NCBI GenBank assembly: GCA_036172245.1
Contig: JAYWIR010000008.1
Location: 4,154,001-4,218,000 of the forward strand
DNA: 64,000 bases
Direction: 5' to 3'
Origin: Raillietiella orientalis
Lineage: Eukaryota
In this document: one piece after another, positions 24,501 through 36,500 of the stretch
Numbering within the stretch: position 1 is the first letter of the stretch
How the letters are laid out: each line of letters starts with the position of its first letter
Made by a program: the position numbers and the translations under genes
The notes under the pieces: generated by a model
Databases searched by the model: none
Told to the model about the DNA's origin: nothing
The model's input: the letters and a program-made list of their open reading frames with translations, nothing else

Positions 24501-26465
24501 CTTGTCTTCGTGACCCTTATTCCCAGAGGTGGATAAGATGCTGTTGCCATGACGGCAACCATTGGCCGGTTTCACTGTTGCCTGTCCGGTGCATTTTGCA
24601 TGCTGATCATCATCAAAGATTCCACCTCAGAGCTTCCGCACGTGTTTTGGGATCATCACCATGGAGAAGGAAATGCCCCTCTAATCGTCAGTCTCTGAAG
24701 ACCATCGTGACGCCATTTTTTTCGATCAGCAGATCAGAAGACCATCGGTTTCTCTTGAGGAGCTGCTGTTAGGTTTCTTCCTTCTGGCTCTCCCCCCTCC
24801 TGCCCTCTTCCTCTTTTCCCCCCTCTTTGGAAGCACGAGCTTTCCTCTGCCTGGTAATCTCTCGTGTCTCGGAAGGGGAAGGGTTCTTCTGGGCTTTCCT
24901 CTTCTTTGACAAGGAGACTGTTGGTCTCCCGGAAGCATCCCGACCAGATGAGGTTTGGTCACCTGGAAGTTCCTGGGGTGAAGACGGCCAGCCGGGACGG
25001 TGCGGGCGCGCTGCAGGTCTCTTCCCTGAGCAGGGCCAGCGATGTTTCCCGAACTCCCCAGTGCGGTCCGGAGCGCGACCTCTGTCAGGTCATCCCGACC
25101 ACAGAGGAGGAGAGGAGGAGCTCATTGCTTAGGCCCCATTTTTCTCCGGGAGACTGGCTGAGAACGGTGCCCGTTGTCCGGGCGCTCCTAGAACTTCGCT
25201 CGTTCGCTCGTTATTCCAAGTTGTCGGTGCCCAACCAGCGATGGCGAAGCTGGAGGGAGGACCTCCCCCCCATACACACACACAAGCGTGTTTTGTTCGG
25301 GGACCACCGGACGCTCTTCCAGTGACTCAGAGCCAACAGCTCCGACTCAATGGCCCCTTCACCGAGTTCGAACCCTTCTTTTGTTGCCTTCGCCGGGAAG
25401 TCCCGTTGCACGGAGGCATGCCAGTGGCTCCAGTTTCAGTCATCCTGCATCCTCTGCATGCGCAGCCCTCCTCTGCGCTGTTATTTGCCCTCGCCTCCCT
25501 CTGTCGTGCAGTCGCTCTGGCTGACAACTTGGAAAGACGTTCGTCACGATCTCATCCCCTACCGCGTCTCCTTGGTCTTGGTCGCTGTCTTCATCTTCAG
25601 TCGCTGTTGCAAACGATCTCCTTTGGACTGTGATCCTTCCCTTATCGCGGTGTGTCCGTGTGATCTACTGGAAAGAAAAGAAGGGTCACTTCTCTCGGTG
25701 GTGTTTCTCGCGCGTGGAAGGCATAGGGTAGTAACTGGCAGAAGCGGTCATTTCCCAGTGAGTGTTGTTCGGGCGCGGGGATCAGCTTCTCTGGATGCAG
25801 GATTCGAAACACTCGGCACGCGCGCGCGCGTTCCGCATTCGTGTCAACGTGTTTGCGCGTTGGGAGGGATGAACTCCCTTCTGAAGCCTGCGTTCTAAGG
25901 AAACCTTCCTGTTGTTCGGTGAAGACGAGCCATAGTCTGCGCAGCAAACCGAGTCTTGGGGAACGAGCGGGGAGGGGAGGGATGGAATCTCTTCCATTGC
26001 CAGATAACCCAAGGCGGTCTGAAGAAAGGGCCGTTGGTTGGTTCCTCTCTGGGTGTTTGATTCCCACAAAGAGTTTTCCCCGTCTTGGGGTGTGGTAGGG
26101 TTCGAATCTTGAAATCCTGGGAGCGGACTTGCAGCGTCTGCACCTCACGGTCGACTTCTCCTGTCGTTCAGCCGAAGGGACGCAGAGACAGCCGCACATT
26201 CCGTCCGTTCTCGAAAGCTCGGCGGGTTTCAGAAAGGCGGGAGGAACTCCGCCTCATCGTTTTGTTGGACCCTTGAGGAGCAGACTGCGAACCGCACTTT
26301 TAGAAGATTTACGAAAATGGGAAAATTTTCCTTTGCGCTGCTGCTCTTGTCCCTCATCTTCAGTATCTTGTAGAGGCACTACAACTCTGGTCTTGGATCT
26401 GAAAAAGACGCAGCACAAGTTTACACAGTAGATAGCAGGACCCCTGATCCTGCCGACTCGCAAGC

Positions 26466-26714
26466 GACCGGGCGGTCACCGTCGACCTATCTATCGACCT
26501 ATCGTTCACCAGTCATGCGCCCCGTTTTTGCATAGGTTCCTTTTACCGCGGGGATCGACCAAGCGGGAAACCACGAGGAGATGCCGACAAGCTGAAGTGA
26601 TCCTCAACGTTCCGATAGTTCTTCCTTGAAATTCGGTTTGTACGTGTAGGGGAAAAATCTTAAGCTTCATTCAAAGTAGTCAGGCAAGCGGAATGCTACG
26701 ATGTTCACGTGCGT
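26466..26714 (+). repeat. Dispersed ~245-bp repeat, copy 1 (possible SINE)
   Basis: Closely similar to 29321-29561 over its length, e.g. cgttcaccagtcatgcgccccgtttttgc, gagatgccgacaagctgaagtgatcct, gaaattcggtttgtacgtgtaggggaaaaatcttaagct. Ends in a (GTGC)n/(GC)n simple repeat. Confidence 0.9.
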
Positions 26715-26755
26715 GCGTGCGTGCGTGCGTGTGTGCGCGCGCGCGCGCGCGTGTG
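26706..26755. repeat. Alternating purine-pyrimidine tract (CGTG)n(TG)n(CG)n
   Basis: About 50 bp of uninterrupted RY alternation seen directly. Confidence 0.9.
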
Positions 26756-29213
26756 GGAACTACCTGCAGGCCTCTGGTATTCTGTTTTTTTTTTGCGTCC
26801 TGAATTTTTCTACACCATTGCAAATGTAAAAATGAGCGAGCAAGAGAGTTTTTCTAAAGAATCATTATAGCAATTACCACTAAGTAGGGGTCACGTGTAT
26901 AGAAAAAAACATGCTTATGGATCTGTGTATCCACATCTATTTGCACACACACACACCATCTTGATTCGTACATCATTCTTGTTTTAATACACTCCCATAA
27001 TAAGTGCTAATTATGGAATTCCTAATGCATTTGGTTTCAGCAGTGACTACAGAGCTGTTTCTTAATGGCGTGACTCCTCAGTGTTTCGAGCTGCTTGCAG
27101 CCGTGCTGTGGAAGGCGCATTTCGCGTGGTCAGCGTGAGCAGCGTTTCTGTGCTGCCCCATCCCTGCCACGGAAACGGACACCTCGGCGGCGTTGTGGTC
27201 GAGTCAACACGCGTGTGTGGCAGAGCCGAAGACGTACGGGAAAGAGGCGATTGACCACCGCGCCCTCTTTGGCGTCGGTTTTCATGTGGCGCCTCCACCG
27301 CCACCTGCGCGGAGTGCCATCTGGGAATAAGCTCCCGATTTGCCAAACTGCATCTTATTACGGGAGCGAATTAAATTACTGGACACTTTGTTTCACGGAA
27401 GTCACGCAGTTGCGAGTGCACGATGAATCATGTTTGCGTATTTTTCCTGGTAACGTATTGAGCAGAGTTCTGGGGAAGAAGAGGAAAGGTTGAAGGTTAA
27501 GTGGTTTTCTCCAGCTATAGGAAAGAATTGCGAAACTGCGATTTGTTGAGGCACCGTCCACAGTGAATCGTTTACTTTTGCCCCAACTCGTTAATACAGT
27601 AATTTCTCCATCTCCGAATCCTTTTTTTGTTTATCTTAATTTTCCTTCATTCCCTTGCTTGTCGGCGCAGTTTCGTGACGTTAGGTGGTGTGTTCCCGGA
27701 ACAACCGTGCGGACAAGATTGTGGGAGCTGTGGTTCCCACCCTTTCGAGAATCCAGGCACGTCCACCAAGCACGTGAACGTCACCGAAAGTTTGGAGATG
27801 CAGTCGAATCGGTCACCTGATGCGCAGGCGGTTGTCGTTATAGGGCAGAAATGGCATGTCGCAGCATCATGTCGGCCGCCATCATCCGGCAGAATGTTTC
27901 GAAACGCGCTGCTGTGCCGTGAACTCGGATCCGCTTTGGGGGAAGGGGAGGGGGGGAGGATGAGGTTGGTGAAGATGCAGCTTTCGAAGAGATCCGCGAA
28001 TTTCCTGGCGGCTCGTTAAAACGACGGAGTGTTGAGGGAGGCGCTCGGAGCCCCGACCCGTTGCCAAAGGACTCTCTCCTGCTGCGTATGCAAACCTCTG
28101 AGCTTTTCCCGCCTGTCTGCGCGCATACGGTCAGCGGCTGTTCAAGATGCGCTCCTTGTCGTCAGCATTCTTCGAGAGTCCGTCGGCAGCGGTTCCGAGG
28201 CGGACGGATGATACGCCTGCAACTTGCTCGTGGCCTCCAGGGATGCGGGATCTCTTCCCCGCGAGCTTACACCCGATCCACGGGGCCACCTTTCCTCTCG
28301 TTTTGCTTCCCCCCTTCCTCCCAGCAGTTCTCCATTTGAAGGGAACAGAGGACCAGGCGAATCCGCAGTCGTCTGTTCCCGTCAGGACGGACTCACCTCT
28401 GCGTCCTCGGAAGAGCGAGAGTGACTGCTGGTACCGCGGAGGGGGAACTTTCGCCTGGGATCGGAAGGTGGCTTTCTGGTTTACTCGCAGGAGGATTCCA
28501 GTGAAACAAGAAAGGCGATGGGGTGATTCCAGGAAGATGACGTTCGTAACGATACGCAACCGGAAGAAATAACGTCCCTGCTGGCCACTAGGAGCTGCGT
28601 TTTTCCGCCTTCTAGGACATTCCAGCGGCCGAAGAGGACCTGAGACGGGGGGGGGACGGTGAGGAGGAAAGCAGTGCGCGGCGCCCCTAGGAGACCAAGC
28701 GGCGTCCAACCTTGTCTCCACCGCGTCCCCCAGAGGTCGCCTTCCGTATGAACGGGAGTACCTGGAACGGCAACCCTCTCCTGAGGGTAGTACTCCGGAG
28801 CGGCACCTCCCTGCTTTCCTGACATGGGTGCCGACCCGGGTTACCCCTCCGATCTGCTTGTATCTCCGTTCTTGCAGAATGGAGGGCGAGGGGAGGCGAC
28901 GGACTCGGAGCAGCGTTTTCGTCCCCGAGGACGCGTCTTCCTAGGATCAGATCTGAGGGGGAAAAGGGGGAAGTAGGACTACGATGGGGGGCTAAAGGGT
29001 TTCGGCGTTCGCTGTTGCCATCTTTTCCTCAGTGCGTAGGGTGGCGTCTGGTTCACTTGCTAGCCGTGCAGGGGGCCGAATTCTTCAAACGGCAGTGATG
29101 ACTTCCCCAGGGAACCCGTGGGTCGATGACGGTCGAGAACTTCAAAGTAGAGGCGGGAGGATGGGACAAGTCAATGGGAAAGCCTCGGTTAGCCACCCTC
29201 CTCGCGAGCGAAG

Positions 29214-30523
29214 AGGGTCAGAGGGCATCCTTCCGGTCACCGCGACTCTCTTGTTTTCCCCGTTCACCCGGCCGGGTTGGAGGGAGGCTGGCGCCAAAGG
29301 GAAAGGGAAAGTCTCCTGCTGACCGAGCGGTCACCGTCGACCTATCTGGAAGGCGTTCACCAGTCATGCGCCCCGTTTTTGCGTGGGTTCCTTTTTCCGT
29401 GGGGTTCGACCAAGCGAGAAACCACGAAGAGATGCCGACAAGCTGAAGTGATCCTTAACGTTCCGATGGGTCTAGAAATTCGGTTTGTACGTGTAGGGGA
29501 AAAATCTTAAGCTCCATTCAAAGTAGTCAGGCAAGCGGAATGTTACACTGTTCACGTGCGTTGCTCCCGGATGCGCGCGCACCCTTTTGGCCCCCGTGCA
29601 AGGTGGGAAAAGAGAGAAGGAAAGCACCTCCCTTCCCTGGACCTTGATCTGGGGCGACAATCCACCGGATCGCTGGCAGGTCGCCTGGTGATTCGGTCGG
29701 TCTCCTATCCCTTGAACTCTTCGGGAGCTCTCTCGGAAGCTCCGGTAGCGTCCCTTTCCGGCCGGAACTGCCTCCGGGAACCCAGGCCTGCTCCTCCAAT
29801 GAATGGAAAGAAGACATAGGAGCCGCCCCTTCATTCCCCTGTGCTCAGGTGAGTCGCCGAGGGCTCTGGAGCATCCGCACGGAGACGCCGGCCTCGTGAC
29901 GTGGGACGTGGAGTGGAGCAGGAAGCCTTCGGCGGCGCTCCCGAAACGGTGGTTCCTGTGCCTTTATTGCGCGGATCCACCTCCCTCTTCCCTCGGTTCA
30001 CCGGTCTTCTGAGGAAGGGAGCAGATTTCTGGAGGGAGGCCGCAGAAGCATGGGTTTCCTATCGTCCCGAAGGAATTTGATTTCCCTCTCTTTCCTCCCT
30101 CTCTTCCCTTCACCCTCCCCCCCCCGTCAAACTAGTCCTGCCTTTTCCTTTTCGCAGGTTTGAGGTCACCATGTCATGGTCATCGTCGCCGCAATAAAAT
30201 TGACCTTCAGTACAGGACTGGGAGCTATGTGCCAGCGATCGCCTTGTTTTCTTCCTCCCTTTCTCCCCACCCTCCTTCATTTTCACCTCGAATTCGAGGG
30301 AACGTGCAGGGGAGATGCGGGTGGCAACGGGAACGCCCGACGGAGGGAGGAGGAGGGCCTGAGGCGCGCGGGGACAAGGAGACACCGGACTCTTCGCAGC
30401 GCCAGCAGCAGGAGACTTTTCCTTTCCCTTTGGCATCAGCCTCCCTCCGACTCGGCCGGGTGAACGGGGAAAACGACAAGAGAGTCGCGGTGACCAGACC
30501 CCGGAAGGATGCCCTCTGACCCT
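29214..30523. repeat. Pair of ~110-bp inverted repeats (29214-29321 and 30406-30523) enclosing ~1.1 kb; foldback/MITE-like structure or local inverted duplication
   Basis: Left arm agggtcagagggcatccttccggtcaccgcgactctcttg...aaagggaaagggaaagtctcctgctg is the reverse complement of cagcaggagacttttcctttccc...agagtcgcggtgaccagaccccggaaggatgccctctgaccct, with a few substitutions and two small indels. No target-site duplication seen. Confidence 0.85.
29321..29561 (+). repeat. Dispersed ~245-bp repeat, copy 2 (possible SINE)
   Basis: Direct-repeat partner of 26466-26714. Begins exactly at the inner end of the left inverted-repeat arm. Confidence 0.9.
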
Positions 30524-33500
30524 ACCCAGGGAGCTACCGACAGCCGAGCAGCTCTGCTGTCTGCAGACGCAGGGAGGCGCCGTGCACTTTCCGGAACCCT
30601 CCGAGAGTTTTGGGGATCAGCCGGCGCTGTTCCCCCATCTCTTTCTTTGTTGTTTGTTTTCGTTTCATTTCACTTCTTTTCGGAGGAGCAAACCCTTTGG
30701 GTTTGCCCCTTTGTCTGTTGTCCATTCTTCCCGTTGGCCGATCCCGACGCTTCCGGGGTCTTCCAGCTCCCCGATGAGTCGAGGGTGCACGGTGCGCATC
30801 AGCGGTTCCCGGAAACGGGCGCAGGACCGGAGTGCGCGGGGCTGCGAGAGGCATTCGGCCTTGGCGGAAACCGGAAAGCAGGTATTCAGCGTGCCATCTG
30901 GAAACTTCTCATCGAGGCATCCCGGATGCACTAGGTTCCTCTGGTTAGGGCTGCAGGAGCAGCTTCCAGGAGCCATTCGCGGGCGGACGTTTTTTCTCCT
31001 GATATCCTCGGATGCCGTTCATCTCCAAGCGCAAGCCACACGAATAAACGTCGTTTATCGAAGTCTGTTTACCAGGACCTCTGCAAACAACAAGGTGTGC
31101 TCACCCGCTGCTTCCTCGATAGCCGGGACACGCCGCCTATTTGCAGATGCTTATCAAAGCTGCGCATTTATCGAAAGTGTCGGCGTGGTGCAGCGTGCGG
31201 ATATTTGTTTTCTGTGCCGTGCGTAGGCTGCGCATTCGTTTGCTCCATACACAAACGCATGCAAGTAGTGATGCCCTTCAGCTGGGAAGTTCAAGATCTC
31301 GCAAGGAATCCTGCAGCATCCGCTCTCTGTTCGGTACATTCCCGGCAGAGGGATGAAGCGAAAGGGAACCAGGAACTCTCCGGGCAGGAACTCCTGCCCG
31401 GAGCTGTGTGGTCAGCCAGAGAGCTCCCTCGCGTGCGCCCTGGTTGCCGACGGCAGCTTCCTTCGTGCGTCCGTGGGACAGTGGACCGCTCGGCGCGTGA
31501 ACGGACGAATCTGCTCACCGGTAAGGACCGGCCGAGTCCGATTTTGGCCTCCTTTCTTCTCCTCTGCTGCCCCTGGGGGTGCGACGAGTCACATCTTCCA
31601 AAAGAGAGAACCGTTTTCGCGAGCACGCGAGGGAGTGGGAGCGGTAAGAGCGCGTCGTGTGCTGACTGTGCTGACGGAAGCAGGGGAATCCCCACGCCTA
31701 TGGAAAAGTTCCGATCCCCAGCGACTGTGGACCGCATGTGTTCACCGGTAGAGGGAACCCACGCCTGCCTCTTTTGTTCCCTTCCTCCCCCTTCCATCTT
31801 CTTTTCCTTACACCCCTATCCGCAGAAGAGCAAACCAGCTGGTTTGCTCTTCTGCGCTCGGGGGAGGACGGAAAATGGGTTTGATGGCTTATCGGACCTT
31901 TGGTCGCCTCCGAAAAGCATGGCCATCCCTCCCTGCTGTTGCGTATGCGCGCACCTTTTCCTCCACTAATCTTGCCCCCCTCTCTCCCTTCTCACCGGGC
32001 CTGCCTCAGAAGAGGAGGAAGAACAACGGGAGTGCCAGACGAGGAAGCGCTTCCTCGGAACTCCTCACTGTCCCCCTTTCCCACTCCCGCCCTTCGGCAG
32101 CTCACCCGCGAGTCGTCGGTCTCCTTGGAGGCAAGCCGAAAAGCTCTTGGGGGGGGGGGGGATCCACCCTCCCCGCGGAGTCAGCGACGGAGAAGGGAAG
32201 GGGTAGGGATTCGGCCGGGTCCATCCGGGTCATCTGATGGAATGGCCTCCGCGAGCGTGGTGGGAGGCGAGAAGTTGCAAGAAAACTGTCCCGTCGCTGC
32301 TGGTCGGGCGCTCCTGCGCCTCCGCTCCCTTGCGAGGGAGGCGGCTGGAGAAGGAGGAGGAGGAGGACGCGTACCTTCCATTAGCTCGCCATTGATGGTT
32401 CCTCCCGGATGACGCAAATCCTCCCTCGGCGGCCTCATGCTAACGAGGGCGCTTCGACTCCACTGAAGCTGACAGGGCAGCGGGCGGGCGGGAGAGAATG
32501 GATGAAAGGGAGGAGAGGAGAAGGAGATCTTCGTCTTCCTTTCTTTTTTCCAATCCCTTCCCCATCCCTTCGTGTTTCCGATCTTGCGGGAGCGTCCGGC
32601 GAACGCAGCGCCGCCGCCGGCTGCCAGCGGAACAAATTGAGCTCCTTTTCTGCTTTGCGCAAGGGGCGATGGCGGCGGCGGGTCTGCTCTTCCGGGAAAG
32701 CAGGCAGACAGGTAGGGAGGAGGAAAACGGTAGGTGCGGGATGAGAGGCAAAGAGCGCAAGATGCTGTTGCTAAACCCTTGCGCCTCCCCGAGGTGCCAG
32801 TCGCGCTGCGTCCATCTGTGAGCTGAGGCGTGCGGGGAAGGGGAGGAATAGCGGGTCTGCCGATTGCACTTGTTCCCGGAGAGGATCTCGCGGAGACATT
32901 GCGCGTTCCTCCTCCCTCCAGCCCCCCTTCCTTCATTTTTCCCTTTCCTCCGCCCTTTGCTGCCCTCCAGCGGCGACAACAACTGAGGCGTGCGAGTGGG
33001 AGTGTGAAAGGGACTCGTTCTTCCAGAATGAGGAGGGGGGAGGCGGGAGGAGGGTTCCTTGACTCCCGCTTTTCCCTCTTCCCGTTTTGTTCTATACAGG
33101 TCAGTCGGATACCGGGGCGCTCCTGCCCAGGCAGCCCCCTGGAGTTCCTGAAGACCATCATCCGCCGAAGTGGAGGAGGAGGAGACGGGGCGGAAAGGGG
33201 GATGGAGCACTCCTTTCGTTCCGTTTCCGGAGGGAGAGGGGAAGAGGAGGGAACCAGTGACGCTGAAACGTCGCGCGAGTGTATTGCACGCCTCCAGGAA
33301 GTTGCACTGGCAGCTCCACGAGTGGCACGGTCTCCAGGCAGCAGGGAGCGTCGCTCCCCCCCCTACACGTTCAGAGGCGAAGGCAGCAGCAAGGCCGCCG
33401 AAAACGCCCCTTCTTCTCCTCTGGCATCTCTCCTCGGCCGGGAACCCACGTGGACGGGCACTCCCCACGTCCTTCTGCTCCTTCATTCGTGGGCAGCCGC

Positions 33501-36500
33501 CCATCCTCGGATGCGGAGTACCCTCGGCACGCAGGGAAGGGGGAAAACGGGTAGGGGGGGAGAGGTAGGAATAGGAGTTTCTTGGCAGCGGAACACGTCT
33601 CCGATAAGAAATCTCCACGCACGCTCCATCCCTCCGGGCGTGCCGCAGTCTTCCGGAGTGAAGGGAAGGGGATGCGTGCCCTGAGCTTGCGGGAGCGATG
33701 CACGGACGGTCCAGCTGGAGCAACCAGCCTCCCGTAGGGGTCAAAGTCCGAGTTTTGATCTCTTGACACAACGACCGACCTCTCCTTGCTACCTGGGGTC
33801 AACCCGGATCCCTCCGCTTGCAGAGTTTTCCCCCCTCCGCTCCCAGGGAGGGCACGGCGGAGAGATAGCATCGCAGGGTCAAGCCCTCTGCCGCCTCAGG
33901 GCTGCACGGAACCAGCTCTCTTTCGGTGCGCGCGTGCAAGCATTCCTGCAGCAACGAGAGCAGATCCTGAGGGTCATCCCCTCCCCCTGATCCAGATGCC
34001 CGATGAAGGGGGGGTGCCGAAGGCGCCCTTATTGCCGGGGTTACCTTCACCACCAAAGGGCGAGCGGTCTTGGCGGTCTCGGCGCGTTCGTTCCCGCCGA
34101 GCCCTTTTCGCGGACGCCTGCAGCAGGAGAGGGAAGAACAGGACAGGGCGGGGTGGGATGGGGGGCAAGGGACCTTCCTTCCGCTCCTCCTTCCGTGGAC
34201 TCTGCCTCGCCCTCCCGTCGGAGCTGCGGGCGCGTCCTGGTGGAGGGCGCAGGACAGACCTCGCCCTACGGTCGTCGTCGTTACCGGAGCCTTCCCGAGA
34301 CTGCATCCCAGGATCACCACCGCATCTCGAAGAGCAGTGACAGGAGAAGGAAAGAAGGGAGACGAGGAGGATCCTTCCAGAGGAGGGACCATGACCCCTT
34401 TTCTTCCTCCTCGTCTCTGTGGGAAGGAGGGGACGAAGAATGGGAGGGAAGGGAACGGACTCTTTCCCTTGAGACTGCATGAGGACCTGCTGCATCCGGA
34501 TGGGCCTGCCCCGCCTCCCTCCTAGAAACGTGTCCTTTCCGTTCGTCTCCGAAGGCCGCAGGCGTGCCCTCCCGGGGAAACGCGTGCGCGCGTGCGTGCG
34601 AGAGGGCAGACAAGGGTGGGCGGGAAAGGGAGGAGAGGCCCGTCCCCTCCTCCTCCTCCTTACATGCAGAACGGTCCCTTTGAGCGGATTGCCGAGAGCG
34701 AGCGCATCGTCACGGAAACCTTTCGCCTCCTTCCGCTTCCCACCCGGCTGCCAGCCACCGTCGCCGTCTACTTCAAGGAACCGGAACGGGCGGGCTGGGC
34801 CCCCAGACCGGCGTGACCCACAGGCGTCATGGGAAAACAAGAGGAGGGCGGAAGCGTTCGTTGGGCGTGACCTTCGGCATGACCTTTCGCCTATCGTCGG
34901 GGCGGAATCGTGGCGGGGAGAGGCACTCGCTCGACCCGCCTTGTGCCGGCGCCGCGCATCCACCCGGGAAGAGGAAGAGGAGGAGGAGGAGGAGGGTCCT
35001 CGGGGAGTCTTCGAGGTGGGACGTCCTTTCGGTCTCACCGTGCAGTTTCCGCATCCTCCAGATCTCCCCCCTCTCCCTCCCCCTCTTCCGTGTCATCCGC
35101 TCCTACACCGCCTTTTCCTCGCTGCTGAGGTTCGCTTCAGGAGAACACTGCCTAAGGGGAACACCCCTCTGAGAGGTCATCTTGTTGGCCAGCGCATAAG
35201 GAGCCCACTCCGAGGAAAATGTGAGAGGAGAATTTTCCTGCTTGGTCAGCCGGAAGGCGCCTTCGAGCAGGAGGTTGTCAAAGGCTCCCGGGGGGCAATG
35301 GTGGTGATCGGGAGTCGAGAGAAGGCCGCGTGAGACCTCAACTCCTTCCTCCTCCCGCTTTCTGGTAGCTCGCTGGCCCTCCCGAGGTGGCCACGGAGCG
35401 AGACGCATCCTCCGGTCTCTCTGGAGACAGCTCTCGTTCGATCGTCCTCGTGACCGTTGTTGGACAGCAGTTGGCCGAAAGTCAGCTCCCCCTCCTGTCT
35501 TTTGTCTCGCAGGCAAAACCAACGCTGCCTTCGATCCCGCAGCACATGACCGGCTCGGTAGTTGCGCGACCACCCGTCTTCCGAGTGCTGATCTCTTTCA
35601 AGAGTCCCCTGTGGCGGAAAAAAAAAGAAAATGACCGGAGAAGAACTTTTCCCATGTCTGACAGGAATGCTGTGGACATGAACCCAGAAGGTTCCTTAGG
35701 GTCGTCCCAGGATCAGTTGATTCTCCCTCGGACTGAGGAAGATCAAACGCAGAACCTTTTGGGGATCGAATTCGTTGCTTCCTCATGGAGTACATCTTCG
35801 TCTCGCAGATTTGCACGCGACCTCAGGACTGCTTCGATAGTGTCCAGGATGAAAGGGGAGCTCAAGATGAGGACGGTCTCTCAGCTACCATGCAGCGAGG
35901 TGTACGCCTTAGCCTGACGAGGCGGCAGCCTCGCGGTAAATACAGACGCGGTATGTCAAATTAACCAAGGGACGACGGTCAGCGTGGCGCAGACGTCGTC
36001 CCATGAGGCGAGGTCAGCGCTCGCTGCGCTTTCTCGAAAACGGGGGAAAGGACAAGGGGGGGGGCGCAGTAGATAGATAATCTTTGCCCGAGGAGATCAA
36101 TAAAGGTTGCTGGTCACGAAGGAGCGGTGCTGCCTCAACCATATACTTTCTACATCTGCCTGGGAGGGAGTCGCTCCCAGCGTTCCCGCAGGAAAGCGGT
36201 TCGAGTGCTCGTCCCTCTGCGTCCGCAGACTTGCCGAGAGCGGGCCCACCGGCTGGTGGTGGCCTTCCGGCGTGATTGTCAGGTTGTGCTGCGTGAGTTT
36301 AGATTTCGAATCAGCGCTGTCTCGCCCGACAGGGCGAGGCGTGCGCAAGGAGGACCGCACCGGCACCCGCAAGCGACTCTGCACGGGGAAATGTCCGTCG
36401 TCGTCGTCGGTGGCCGCCGCGCGATGTCTCGCCGAGGAGCAGTCGAGAGGCCGTCAAGTCGCAGGCTGCCTGCCCCTGCCCCGACGACCCTCAGAGACGA

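Noticed and set aside
26095..26112. GGTTCGAATC B-box suggesting a tRNA gene
   Set aside because: No A-box at suitable spacing and no cloverleaf stems.
32181..35333. Long overlapping ORFs (e.g. 32440..33771, 443 aa; 33974..35038, 354 aa)
   Set aside because: Open in several frames on both strands, R/G/P/S-rich and without domains. This is expected from stop-codon scarcity in GC-rich DNA.
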